A DNA stretch of 64,000 nt, from positions 66,621-130,620 of the forward strand of contig JBEKSY010000006.1 in NCBI GenBank assembly GCA_049516595.1, read 5' to 3'. Position numbers and translations under genes: made by a program. This document shows, piece by piece, positions 27,483 through 37,295 of the stretch (its first letter is position 1; each line of letters begins with the position of its first letter). Origin of the DNA: Anaerolineales bacterium. Its GTDB lineage: Bacteria; Chloroflexota; Anaerolineae; Anaerolineales; RBG-16-64-43. Under the pieces are notes generated by a model. The model had not been told where the DNA came from. It saw only the letters and a program-made list of their open reading frames with translations, and made no database searches.

Positions 27483-28744
27483 AGAGCACTCCTCTCGCCC
27501 ACCGATCTCAGCGGCTCGACAAGGCATCCGGCTGTCTGGAGACGCTCAACGAGGTCCATCGGCGGTTCGTCGCCCAGGACCGTCACCCGCTCGGCCTGCA
27601 TGGCCTCCTCAACCGAATATCCGCAAGTCGGCCGGTAAGTGCGCAGGTAGTCTTGAATGGTCTGCCAGGCTCCCTGAGCTAGCTCCTCGGCCTCAGGGGG
27701 GATCAGGAAGTAATGTTCGAAGCGCTTGCCAGCCGGATCTGGCCCCGGAGGGGTCGTCTGGCTCTGCAGCCGCTTCAGTCCATCCACCACGGGCAAGCTG
27801 GTCCCATCCGACCGGTACCAGGCCTGGTCGGCGAAGGGGCTGGCCTCTTCCGTCGCGAGCAACCAGAAGGTCACATTCTGCAGCCAAAATGGAAGCCTCC
27901 CCATGCGGGCCTGCCGGGCGATCTGAAGATTGATCTCTGAGTGGCGCTCCGGATCGGCCGGAGGAAAGTTGGGGTCGATGCGGCTGTGGAGCACGGCTCC
28001 CCCGCGAACCATCACGATCGGTCGCGGCTCGCCCAGGTGGCTCTGGACGATTTCCTCGACCCACTGGAAACCAAAGAAGCCCCGATGGTCTTCGCTTCCC
28101 GGCGGGGTAAGGTAGGGGCGAGCCTCCGGCCAGCGTTCGCACCCGCCGCGACCCCAATCCCAAGGGCGGTTGTAGGCCCAGGCGTCGACCGCGAACTCCA
28201 TGCTCGAGAGCAGCTCGGCCTTCCCGCGGCGCTCGATGGAGGTCAGGGCCGCATCGAGGAACGACAGATCCCAGTAGTCTCCTCCCGGGTAGAGCGGAGG
28301 GAACAGAGGAATCAGCCCTTCCTCCTGTTCCATTTCCGCAATCGGAAGAAAGACATCGAGGAATTGCTCGACGGGAGAGGCCTGCGACCACTGGCCCGGT
28401 CGCCAGGATTCTTGCTGGTTGGGAGCCGAGAATAGGGCCAAGTAGCGTGCTCCCCAACCCGCGTAGCTGCGGAAGAGCAGCCGCAATTCGGGGCCCAGGG
28501 GGCGAATGGGGCTTTCAGGGAGGTGCAGGATGGGTTGGATCCCGGATTCTCGGAGGGCGCAGATGAAGCTTTCAGGAATGGCTCGCGCGAGACCGGAGCG
28601 AAGGGTCAGCCACCCGAGTTCGAGAGCCTGGAACTCGGGCAGCCAGCGTGCAAGATCCTTGGTTGTGTAATGCAGGTCGTCCGGGTAGTAATGAAGCCCC
28701 AGGCGTGTTCGCTCGGCGGTAATGGCAGCGTTCATCGGCGTCAC
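27479..28744 (-). CDS. Hypothetical 421-aa protein, translationally coupled to ftsZ
   Basis: I recognise no family. Trp/Pro-rich, possibly TIM-barrel-like, with no obvious signal peptide or TM segment. The start is GTG 28744 or ATG 28735. Confidence 0.7.
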   Translation of the reverse strand: MTPMNAAITAERTRLGLHYYPDDLHYTTKDLARWLPEFQALELGWLTLRSGLARAIPESFICALRESGIQPILHLPESPIRPLGPELRLLFRSYAGWGARYLALFSAPNQQESWRPGQWSQASPVEQFLDVFLPIAEMEQEEGLIPLFPPLYPGGDYWDLSFLDAALTSIERRGKAELLSSMEFAVDAWAYNRPWDWGRGGCERWPEARPYLTPPGSEDHRGFFGFQWVEEIVQSHLGEPRPIVMVRGGAVLHSRIDPNFPPADPERHSEINLQIARQARMGRLPFWLQNVTFWLLATEEASPFADQAWYRSDGTSLPVVDGLKRLQSQTTPPGPDPAGKRFEHYFLIPPEAEELAQGAWQTIQDYLRTYRPTCGYSVEEAMQAERVTVLGDEPPMDLVERLQTAGCLVEPLRSVGERSAL

Positions 28745-28759
28745 CCCGTGGATGAACGT

Positions 28760-28775
28760 TGCAAGGCCTGTGCCA
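28760..28775 (-). promoter_or_regulatory. Sigma-54 (-24/-12) promoter, perfect consensus
   Basis: The minus strand reads TGGCACAGGCCTTGCA inside the 41-nt gap between the 940-aa gene and the 421-aa/ftsZ pair. Confidence 0.7.
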
Positions 28776-28785
28776 ACCGCCTTGG

Positions 28786-31608
28786 CTATCGGGAGACTGC
28801 CAACTTGATCAGATGGCCTGCTGCGTCAAGGCTCAGCCTTGCGAATTGAGCGTGGCCCGGGCCGTGGCCTTCGATTCGCTTGTCGAGCAAGATAACCCAA
28901 GCCGGAAGACCGCCAGCCGAGCTGGCTACCGCAGGATCCTTGGGGATGGCTGGATCTCGGCGAGGCACGATCTGGGGTTCAAACACCCGTGCCCGGCTGC
29001 CTGTCATGCCCGGCAGGCTGGCCTTGAGGACTTCCTTGAGAGAGTTCTCCAGATCGGCCGGCAGGGTTGCCAAAGAAGTGTCGTCCAGCGCCTTGACCGC
29101 GAGTAGGTCCAGGTCGGCCGGACGCGATTCGCGACGCAAGGCGCTCTTGGTGCCCGTCCCCTGAGCGAATTCCCGAGGCACAAAGAACGGATCGCCAAGG
29201 TGGATGAAAGAGATCAGCGTCTTCTGGTCTTCCCCATCGAGGTATCCTTGACGCCGTCGCATTTCCTCGGCAAAGGTCAGCTTCGCTTGCCTGAGTGCCT
29301 CGCCGGAGGGAAGGCCTCGAGTCAGGCTCTGCCAGTAGTGGAGGGCCACAAGATCTGCTCCAATGAGCGGAGGAGCGGCCGCCCCATAGGCGATCTTGGT
29401 AGAACCCACCAGGGCCCGTGTCCCTGATTCCAAGAACTTCAAGGCGAGTGCGGAATCAATCGTCTTGCTCAACACGTTCGCGCCATAACAGGCCTCGCTG
29501 AAGACTACAGTCGGGGCCCGGCCTGAGTTGGTCACCTGCGCAGGTCGCAAAGCCGTTGGAAACTCGACCGCGGACGAAGCGGATCCGGGCGAACGTTGAC
29601 CGTACCACTCTGGCGCATCCTCCAAGCCGTGCAGATTGAAGTAGGAGTACCGAGGGAAGGCCAAGTCCGCCGCCGGAAGTGTGTCGGCATCCGTGGGAGG
29701 CGAGATCAACATCGAATTGGACTGGCCAATCGGTCGGTATGCCCCCAGGGAGGCAGAGTGCCAGATGCTGGCCGTATACCCCAGACTCTTCCGAAAGCGC
29801 TTCACCCTCGGATGAAGGAGCAGCCTGATCCACCCGTACAATCGAGCCAGTGGGGTCGGCGCTTTCGCGGGAGCCTCGTCAATGATTCTCTGGATGGCCT
29901 TCAGGAGAAACTGGGGGTCATTGCCGGTTGGGTTGGGGATACGGCTCACCGGCCATTCCGGCACGTAGTAATTCTCGTCCCGGGTTGCGTAGGGATTGTC
30001 AGAAGGAACATCGTGATCGTCGTCGTCGGCGGGATTCGGAAGCCGGTGAAATGGAATGATGTCATGCCCACCGATAATGAGCAAGGCACCAATCATCTCG
30101 CCGCGCCGCGCCAGGGCGGCGTCCAGTTGACAGACCAGGCGCTTCACGTCGGCAGCATTGGAAGCCGGCACGCTCTCCAGTTGGAAGGGGCTCAGGGTTT
30201 CCGCGTCATCGGCGTAGATGGCATAGGCCGACCAGCCCTTGCGGGCGTGCTGGGAGCGAACCAGGGAGGTGAGGGATTGACAAATCGCCGCGGTCGCGCT
30301 CAGCCCATATTGGCTCTGCAGGTTCGCGAGACTCGAGAGTACGACCAAGCTGGGCCGCCTTCGGTCTTCGTCCGCCGGCTTCTTGCGCATGTGCAGCCTT
30401 CGCGCCACCCGGTCCAATTCCGCCCGAACCCGCATGAGGTCCTCGTCCTCTTGTGGTTGACCTTGTGAATCGGCTGGTTGGGTGGAGCCCGAGGGGGCCG
30501 TCCCGTGGGTTGCCTGGGGCGCGCCTGGGTTGGGGGGCAGCGCTCCTGAAGGTCCTTGGAAGTGTTCCCCGGGCAATGGACGGATTTCGACGGGCGTCTC
30601 GTCCGAGACGGGAACAGGAATCGAGGCCTCTGCCGGCGCTGGGACCGGGGGTGAGGTCAGCCCCCCGGATGGACCGCGGAAGTGCTCCCCCGGCAGCGGA
30701 CGAATTTCTGCGCCCGCCTCGTCGACCAGGAGGCTCGTGGGTGGGCCCACGGCCTCCGACCCAGGGATAGGAGACGGGTCCAGGTTGGGCGTCTCTATGA
30801 ATTCGTCCGCGCCTCGCGCCGCCGGGGTTGCCCCAGACAACTTGTTCAATCCCGCGGCGAACGCTACCGCCGTGGGAATGGACAAACGAATGTCCGCTTT
30901 GAGGTCAGCTGGCCAAAGGGCAAGATAGGGGTTGAAGGCCCCCAGCATACGTGCGCCCACCTCATGGGCGGGGTCGGCAACGGCCGCCAGGTGGAGAAGT
31001 TCCACAGCCTGGGTGGTCTTCCCGGTGGCCAGGGAGGCTTGCGCCAAGGCCAGCAAGATCGCCGGGCAGCCCGGCCAACGCTGGCGAGAGGCTCCCCCCA
31101 GGCACAGGACCGCCTCGTAATCGCCAGCCAACCATGCAACCTTCAGCTGGGCCCAGGCGGGAAGCAAAGAGTCGGGCCTTGCCCGTTCGACCTCCTCCAA
31201 CATCCGTTGCGCCTCGGCGTAATTGTGAGCATGGATCTGTGCCAATCCCTGACGCAGCAGCTCGGCCCAGGCAGGCAGGGGGAGGGGTGACGAAATCGGG
31301 TCGGTTGAAAGTGAGGAAACGAACCCCAGCGAGTCGCGCGCGGCCTCTTCCTGACCCAGGGCGCTCTGGATATCGCTGGCGGTCCGGTAGAAGGCAACCT
31401 CCTCGGGATCCGCGACCTGGGCGATCTCAATGTGCCTGGACGCGGCTCCCAGGTCGTGCAATTGCTGGTAGGCCTGGGCCAGGAAATACCGTATGCGGAA
31501 GTCGCCTGGCCATTGTCCCAGCCAGCTCCGCGAGGCATCGCGCGCGAAGGCCGAGGCGCGCACGGTGAGGGCCGCATCCGCAAGGTTAAGCAGGGTCTTT
31601 CGATCCAC
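28786..31608 (-). CDS. TPR / Pro-rich repeat / gingipain-like (peptidase C25-like, clan CD) putative cysteine peptidase
   Basis: The N-terminal ~250 aa are TPR-like helices. The C-domain has LLIIGGHDIIPF...SDNPYA...VSRIP, His-Gly (FNLHGLED, H660) and Ala-Cys (VVFSEACYG, C707) 47 residues apart, as in clan CD. No signal peptide. GTG start is 3 nt after the upstream stop, with a GAGGTGA SD. Confidence 0.8.
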   Translation of the reverse strand: MDRKTLLNLADAALTVRASAFARDASRSWLGQWPGDFRIRYFLAQAYQQLHDLGAASRHIEIAQVADPEEVAFYRTASDIQSALGQEEAARDSLGFVSSLSTDPISSPLPLPAWAELLRQGLAQIHAHNYAEAQRMLEEVERARPDSLLPAWAQLKVAWLAGDYEAVLCLGGASRQRWPGCPAILLALAQASLATGKTTQAVELLHLAAVADPAHEVGARMLGAFNPYLALWPADLKADIRLSIPTAVAFAAGLNKLSGATPAARGADEFIETPNLDPSPIPGSEAVGPPTSLLVDEAGAEIRPLPGEHFRGPSGGLTSPPVPAPAEASIPVPVSDETPVEIRPLPGEHFQGPSGALPPNPGAPQATHGTAPSGSTQPADSQGQPQEDEDLMRVRAELDRVARRLHMRKKPADEDRRRPSLVVLSSLANLQSQYGLSATAAICQSLTSLVRSQHARKGWSAYAIYADDAETLSPFQLESVPASNAADVKRLVCQLDAALARRGEMIGALLIIGGHDIIPFHRLPNPADDDDHDVPSDNPYATRDENYYVPEWPVSRIPNPTGNDPQFLLKAIQRIIDEAPAKAPTPLARLYGWIRLLLHPRVKRFRKSLGYTASIWHSASLGAYRPIGQSNSMLISPPTDADTLPAADLAFPRYSYFNLHGLEDAPEWYGQRSPGSASSAVEFPTALRPAQVTNSGRAPTVVFSEACYGANVLSKTIDSALALKFLESGTRALVGSTKIAYGAAAPPLIGADLVALHYWQSLTRGLPSGEALRQAKLTFAEEMRRRQGYLDGEDQKTLISFIHLGDPFFVPREFAQGTGTKSALRRESRPADLDLLAVKALDDTSLATLPADLENSLKEVLKASLPGMTGSRARVFEPQIVPRRDPAIPKDPAVASSAGGLPAWVILLDKRIEGHGPGHAQFARLSLDAAGHLIKLAVSR

Positions 31609-31611
31609 ACA

Positions 31612-34600
31612 TCACCTCTTGTCCGGGGCGAGTTCGGGCAGGCCATACACGAGGCCAAGCGCCATCACGGCGGATAGCAATTTGTGAGCGGGCAGATTGC
31701 TCGGGTTCAACTGGACAGCCTTGCGCAGCGCATCGGTAGCCTCGGAGTAGGAGCGCAGATTCTTGAGGACCACTCCCATCCGGTACATCACCTCACTGTT
31801 GGTTGGGTTCAGCCGCGCGGCGGCCCGATAGGCCTCCAGCGCGAGATCCCAGCGCTGCTGACTCTCCAGCGCGAGTCCCAACTCCAGATCCGCTCGCCAG
31901 TCCTTCGGATCCAGCTCGCGGGCCCGCCGGACGGCGTCCAACGCTTGGTCGATCTGACCCAGCTTGCGAGCCACCCGGCCGATAAGCAGCCAGTGCTCCC
32001 CCCGTCGTGGGGCCGCTTCCGCTGCCGTTTGGGCGCGCCGGAGAGCCTCTTCCCCTTTTCCGAGTTTGAGCAGCGCTTCCGCCAGGGAATGGGAAAGGGC
32101 GTCGGAGTTCGGATGGGCGGGTTCGATCGCCAGAAGAGCCTCGACGGCGCGCTCGGGTTTCCCGGAAAGGATCCAAAGCTGGGCAAGGTGCAGAGTCTCA
32201 TTGAACGGATCTGGCAGGAGAGAAGCGGCCTGTCCCAACAACACGGCGGCTTGATCCAAATGCCCCTCGCTCTCCTCGATCTCGGCCAGGATGGAGAGCG
32301 ATTGTCCTTGATAGCGCGTGTCCGCCCCTACCTTTTCGACCAACCTGCGTGCTTCGGCTCGATGGCCCGTGGCAATCAGGGCACGCGCAAGGCAGAGACC
32401 CCACTCGACGGGCGCTCTTGGGGAGGACGTCTCGAGGGCCTTGCGGAGGTTCTCCGTGGCCTCTTGGGGATTCCCGGACTCCAGTGCAAGTTCACCGGCT
32501 TCGGCCAGGAGTTGCGGCGAGACCGCCTGGGAAAGGAAGAGGGCCTGGCGATAGTGGGTATGCGCGCCCTGCAGGTCGCCGTCGCGACGCAGCGCACGGG
32601 CCAGGCTGATTTGGTACTCTGGGTTCTCGGGGGATATCTCAGCCGCCCTTTGGTAATGCGCAATAGAGGCCTCGATTTCTCCCCTGGCTCCAAGCCATTG
32701 TCCAAGCAAATGCTCCCAGGTCGAGACGTGCGGCGCCAGAGCAACCGCCTTCTGGAGCGAGGGGATGGCCTTTTCCATATTTCCCGCGGCTGCGTGAATA
32801 AGTGCTCCGATGGCGTGCGGCAAGGCGAGGAAAGAGGCCAAATCGCTGGCCAAGCCGAGGCTCCGCAGCGCCTCGTCCGGTTTTCCCATCTTCCATTGGG
32901 CGAGGGCGAGCGCGAGGCAGGCGGTGGCATTGCGAGGATCGAGTTGTACCGCCTGCGCTGCCCATTGGTTCGCTTTGGATGGGTCGCCCGTCCTCAAATG
33001 CGCCTGAGCCAGGGAAATCAAGGCGGGGGTGGAGGGACTCTCCGCAACGAGGTGCTCAAGATCCTCCACCTCCCGAGGATCCGGATGGGCGAAGGCCAGG
33101 CAGATTCGCGCGCCCAGGGTCGCGATGATCTCATTGGGGGCCCCTAAGAAGGTGGCCTGCGCGAGGGCAGCGCGGGTGGCTTCCGCCGTGGCCGAGGATA
33201 ATGCCTCTGCCCACCCGGGGCTGTCCGCAGCGTGAGCGGCCTGCCAGCGGAAGAAGGCCTCCGCTCGGGCGGTCAAGGCTTCCGCCAAACGCAGTGGATA
33301 GTCCCCCGCATCAGGATAGGCCTGGCTGAGCCCCTCCAGCAATCGGATGGCGGAGGAGTAGTCTTCGACCAGAAGAGCGGATTCTGCGGTGGTTGACATC
33401 CCCTCGCGCGATGATCCGCAATGGGCCAGGGCATTCTGCAGCGCCAGAAGGGCAGGGTGCTGAAGGGCTGCGTCAGGAGCGGGAGCACCCAGGCACGCGT
33501 GGCTCTTCGCCAGCAAGGCCCAGGCAAAACTATCCTCGGGAGCCTCTCTAACCAGCTGGTCCGTGATCCGCAGGGCCTCGTCTGGCGCGCCGGAGTCGAG
33601 CGCAATCTGAGCTTCCAGTCTCCGGGCCTCAAAGCTGCCCGGGTCCCCCTCGATCGCCTGTCGGACCCAGGCAAGCGCCTTAGCATGGTCACCGCTTCTG
33701 AGCGCGGCCTGCGCGGCCGCTGCCAGGAGCTGAGGGTTGGAGGGATCCGTTTCGATGGCCTTCTCAAAGTAGTGTACGGCCTCGCCAAACCCTCCTGTAT
33801 TCAGAAGAGCATCGGCCAAGCGAGCCGTCAGGGCCTGGGCTTTCGGTCCGAGTCCGATCGCTTTCTTCCAGAGGGCAATCGCGGCTCCTCGGCGGCCATC
33901 CTCCCAGTAGGCCTCCGCCGCGTGCGCCAACAGATCCGGGTTAGCAGGCTCCAAATCGGTTGCCTTCGAGAAGGCCTCGATGGATTCCTCGAATTGGCCG
34001 GAGCGCAACATCGCTTGGCCAAAAGTGTCCAGCGCGCGCACATCCGAGGGGTTGTGCTCGAGGGTGTCGCGCAGAATCCGACCGGCCTCGGCATACTCCT
34101 TAAGGTCCATCAGAAACTGAGCGGCGCGAATGGGGATCTCCCGATCCTTTCCCGAGGCGATGGCAATGGCCTTGGCCATGGCCTGCCGCGCCATATCGAC
34201 CTGATTGTTCACCACAAGGGTTTCCGCGAGATCGGCCCAGCCGAGTGCCTGGTTGGGGCTCAGTTCCGTCGCCTGTTCGAGCAGCTGCACGGCCTGGTCG
34301 GTTTGCCCCACCCTCCGCAGAACCAGGGCCAAGCCGCGAAGGGCCTCGGCCTGGTCGGGAACCAGCGCGAGCAACCGCTGATAGGCCTCGCGGGCCTCCT
34401 CAAGGGAACCTGCCGCTGCAGATGCTCGAGCGAGCATCTGCAGGGAGGATGGATTGTCCGGGATGATCTGGAGGGCCAGACGCGCGTGGGCAATGGCCGA
34501 GGCGGAATCCTTCAGCAGGAGAAAGGCCTGAGCCGCTCCGAGATGGGCCTCGCAAGCAGAAGGAAGGGAGGACAAGCTCTCCAGCGGAATGGCGCGAGTG

Positions 34601-36864
34601 AATGAGGCGAGTGCTTCCCTCGGCTTCCCATCCAGGAGCAGAGCCTGCCCCAACAAATTGAAATAGGAAGGATCGGCCTGGTCGTCGCATTGTTGCTGGG
34701 CTGGTTGCAGCAGATCAATTGCCTGTCTGAGGAGAGGGGTTTCTTCGTCACCCCCTTTGTGGTAAAGGGAAATCAGGGCCTTGCCCAGTCGGAGGAGAAG
34801 CGCAGTCGATGCAGGGCGAACCTTCAAGCCACTCTCCAGGGCGGCGCGCGCTTCCACCAACCGTCCCTCTGCCTCCAGCAGATCGGCCAGAGCGAGGATC
34901 AGCTCAACCTGTGCCGGTGACACCTGCAGCGCAGTTCGAAGCGCCTGCTCCGCCTCGGCCGTCCGGCCCAAATGAATAAGCGCCTCGGACAACGGCTGCA
35001 GGAGCTTGGGATCTCTCGGTGAGAGGGCCACTGCGCGTTGAAGAGCGGCCGCGGCTTCGGTGGCTAGGCCTCTCTTGAGTGCCAGTTTGCCAAGGACCAG
35101 CAGGAGTTCTCCGGGTCGGCTTGCGGATTCGACCCCGGCCCGTAGGGCAGCGGCCGCACTCTCGAGGTCGCCGCCTTTTTCATGGAGTTCGGCAAGCGCT
35201 TTCCAGGCCAGGGCGGAGGAGGGAGAAATCTGAGTTGCCTGTTGCAGGGTGGCCTGGGCTCCGTTCAGGTCGCCTTCCGCGAGAAGAGCAGCCCCCAGGA
35301 TGGCATGGGCCTCGCCCGAGTCAGGTTGGATGGCCAAGAGTCTGCGGGCGGCATCCCTGGCTTGGCCGGAATCCCCGGCTTGGAGGCTTGTCTGGGCAAG
35401 GTGCAGGACCGCCTCGGAATCGGCCGGCCGGTCCTGCACGAGGCGACGCCAGCAGTCTTGGGCCTCCAGGAAATCTCCAGCCATTTCGTGTCCCTGGGCC
35501 ACAACCTGCAGAGCCGAGGTCCTGGTGGGATCTAGGGTCCAGGCGAGGAAGGCGGTGCTTCGGGCGGAATCCCAGTTCCCCGAGCCCGCCTGGTAGTTGG
35601 CGAGGTCGAGCAAGGCCTCAGGGTCGGAGGGCTTTCTGTCCACCACGGATCGTTGGATCTCAGACGCTTCTGGGTAAGCTCCTTGGGCGGCCATCGACCG
35701 AGCAGTCTCGACGAGGAGCCCGCAGGAGACTTGCTGTCGGTCGGCTTGAGCGCCGCGGAGCGCGAACTGGCGGGCCAGGGATCCATTCCCTTGCGCGGCA
35801 TGGATCTGCGCGAGGGCCAACAAATCTCCCGGATCCTCTGGGTTGGAGGGGATCAACTGCAACGCTTCCGCGAACCGATTCAGGCGCACGAAAGCTCGTG
35901 CCATTCCAGCCCTGGCCTCGGAGGAATCGGGCAGGAGGTCCTGCAGTTCCTGAAAGGCCGCCAGAGCCGTAACCGGATCATTGTGTTGGAGGGCGTCGTT
36001 GGCCAACTCGCTCGTCCAAGTCGCCGCCCGGCGCTTCGCGCTCTCCACCAGCCGCTCAAGATTCTCCCGGGAGGCTTCCGCGGATCCCATCGCCCGTCTC
36101 ACCCGCGCCGCAAGCAGAGTTTCTAGCTCGCCGGGTTTCGCCGTCTCCGTCTGGAGAGAGGGAGAGGCTGAGTTGGTGGGCGTGGCTGGCAGGCGATTGA
36201 AAACGGTAGCGATGTTGCGCTCGAGATCCAGTTCTCCCAGATCATGGGCCGCCTCGAGCAGGGCAATGATCTGATCAGGCTGGAGAAGGGGGACCCAGGA
36301 CCCGAGAAACTGGTCCAAGGATTCTCCCTCGAGATTGGCAAGGATCGCATGGATCACGGCGGCCGGCTCTGCGGGGAGTCTGGAGGCCAGGACCGAGCAG
36401 ACCGCTTGCCCGTCGCTCAGCATGCCGAGCAGATAGATCAACACTTGCGGGGCGGCCTCCCCCATCCGGGAAAGCTGCTCCGCCGGGCTTGGGCGCGTGG
36501 CGATCGAGAGCGCAGCGAGCGCAAATTCCGAGATGCTCCCGGGCATTCCCTTGGCAAGAGCCTCTTGCGCCGCCCGAGCCCGCGTCTGCAGCTCCCCCGA
36601 GAGCGACTTGTCTGCCCTCCTGTTCTCGGGCTCCAACGCGTAACGGACTGCTTCCGTTTCCCTGGCCTTGAGCAATCCCAGAACGGCAGGTCGATAACGG
36701 CCCAGATCTTTGCCCGCCATGCGAATCGAGGATTGCAAGAACTCCTCCTCATGCAGGGCCTGCCAAAGGCCCGGCTCCTGGCGCAGCCTTCGCGCGGCGG
36801 AGGTCAAGGAAGGAGAGGGAATGGCATCGCCGAGGCGCTGAAGCAGACCGAGTTCAGTGACCAT
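31612..36864 (-). CDS. Giant TPR-repeat protein (1750 aa)
   Basis: Dozens of 34-residue Ala/Leu-rich repeats (..A...LG.AL...G....A...Y..AL.L.P..). No Walker A motif, signal peptide or TM segment seen. The N-terminal ~240 aa are non-TPR helical. Confidence 0.85.
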   Translation of the reverse strand: MVTELGLLQRLGDAIPSPSLTSAARRLRQEPGLWQALHEEEFLQSSIRMAGKDLGRYRPAVLGLLKARETEAVRYALEPENRRADKSLSGELQTRARAAQEALAKGMPGSISEFALAALSIATRPSPAEQLSRMGEAAPQVLIYLLGMLSDGQAVCSVLASRLPAEPAAVIHAILANLEGESLDQFLGSWVPLLQPDQIIALLEAAHDLGELDLERNIATVFNRLPATPTNSASPSLQTETAKPGELETLLAARVRRAMGSAEASRENLERLVESAKRRAATWTSELANDALQHNDPVTALAAFQELQDLLPDSSEARAGMARAFVRLNRFAEALQLIPSNPEDPGDLLALAQIHAAQGNGSLARQFALRGAQADRQQVSCGLLVETARSMAAQGAYPEASEIQRSVVDRKPSDPEALLDLANYQAGSGNWDSARSTAFLAWTLDPTRTSALQVVAQGHEMAGDFLEAQDCWRRLVQDRPADSEAVLHLAQTSLQAGDSGQARDAARRLLAIQPDSGEAHAILGAALLAEGDLNGAQATLQQATQISPSSALAWKALAELHEKGGDLESAAAALRAGVESASRPGELLLVLGKLALKRGLATEAAAALQRAVALSPRDPKLLQPLSEALIHLGRTAEAEQALRTALQVSPAQVELILALADLLEAEGRLVEARAALESGLKVRPASTALLLRLGKALISLYHKGGDEETPLLRQAIDLLQPAQQQCDDQADPSYFNLLGQALLLDGKPREALASFTRAIPLESLSSLPSACEAHLGAAQAFLLLKDSASAIAHARLALQIIPDNPSSLQMLARASAAAGSLEEAREAYQRLLALVPDQAEALRGLALVLRRVGQTDQAVQLLEQATELSPNQALGWADLAETLVVNNQVDMARQAMAKAIAIASGKDREIPIRAAQFLMDLKEYAEAGRILRDTLEHNPSDVRALDTFGQAMLRSGQFEESIEAFSKATDLEPANPDLLAHAAEAYWEDGRRGAAIALWKKAIGLGPKAQALTARLADALLNTGGFGEAVHYFEKAIETDPSNPQLLAAAAQAALRSGDHAKALAWVRQAIEGDPGSFEARRLEAQIALDSGAPDEALRITDQLVREAPEDSFAWALLAKSHACLGAPAPDAALQHPALLALQNALAHCGSSREGMSTTAESALLVEDYSSAIRLLEGLSQAYPDAGDYPLRLAEALTARAEAFFRWQAAHAADSPGWAEALSSATAEATRAALAQATFLGAPNEIIATLGARICLAFAHPDPREVEDLEHLVAESPSTPALISLAQAHLRTGDPSKANQWAAQAVQLDPRNATACLALALAQWKMGKPDEALRSLGLASDLASFLALPHAIGALIHAAAGNMEKAIPSLQKAVALAPHVSTWEHLLGQWLGARGEIEASIAHYQRAAEISPENPEYQISLARALRRDGDLQGAHTHYRQALFLSQAVSPQLLAEAGELALESGNPQEATENLRKALETSSPRAPVEWGLCLARALIATGHRAEARRLVEKVGADTRYQGQSLSILAEIEESEGHLDQAAVLLGQAASLLPDPFNETLHLAQLWILSGKPERAVEALLAIEPAHPNSDALSHSLAEALLKLGKGEEALRRAQTAAEAAPRRGEHWLLIGRVARKLGQIDQALDAVRRARELDPKDWRADLELGLALESQQRWDLALEAYRAAARLNPTNSEVMYRMGVVLKNLRSYSEATDALRKAVQLNPSNLPAHKLLSAVMALGLVYGLPELAPDKR

Positions 36865-36914
36865 GTCACTCCTTGGGGAGAGGATGGGAGGCGGGCCCCG
36901 AGCCTAGGCTCTGG

Positions 36915-37253
36915 CTACACGACCCAGTGGATTTGCAGCACGATGAAGTAGGCGGCACCCATCATCGCGATCCCCATCGCCATCAAGAAAACGCCTATGC
37001 CGGTTGAGGTCTTGGTCAGCTGGTTGATCACCCCAAGAATGTCGGAAACGTCCGTCACCAGCCCAGTGACATCGTGAGTGACTGCCTTGGCTCCCAGCTT
37101 GGCAGACTGTGCGGCCAGGGTGTGCATGTCCCGTGAAAACCCGCTGCTGATAAGGACCAAAATGCCGGCAGCCAGGCTGCACAGGCCCGCACCCATTGCG
37201 GTCAGGGCGATGAGGATTTGAAGATCCTGCAAGTTCATCGATCCGGAAATCAT
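36915..37253 (-). CDS. Small two-TM membrane protein (112 aa)
   Basis: MISGSMNLQDLQILIALTAMGAGLCSLAAGILVLI ... GIGVFLMAMGIAMMGAAYFIVL. ATG 37253 is preceded by CGGGAGGCCAAC. It is the first gene after the sigma-54 promoter. Confidence 0.65.
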   Translation of the reverse strand: MISGSMNLQDLQILIALTAMGAGLCSLAAGILVLISSGFSRDMHTLAAQSAKLGAKAVTHDVTGLVTDVSDILGVINQLTKTSTGIGVFLMAMGIAMMGAAYFIVLQIHWVV

Positions 37254-37295
37254 GTTGGCCTCCCGAGGTTCTCGCGGTTTTCTCGAGGGGTTGGG

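Noticed and set aside
31684-35972. Very long plus-strand ORFs (487, 394, 297 and 202 aa) antisense to the giant TPR gene.
   Set aside because: Their composition is Arg/Gly/Pro/Leu-rich with no motifs. They mirror the Ala/Leu-rich TPR codons on the other strand. This is the classic high-GC antisense ORF artefact.
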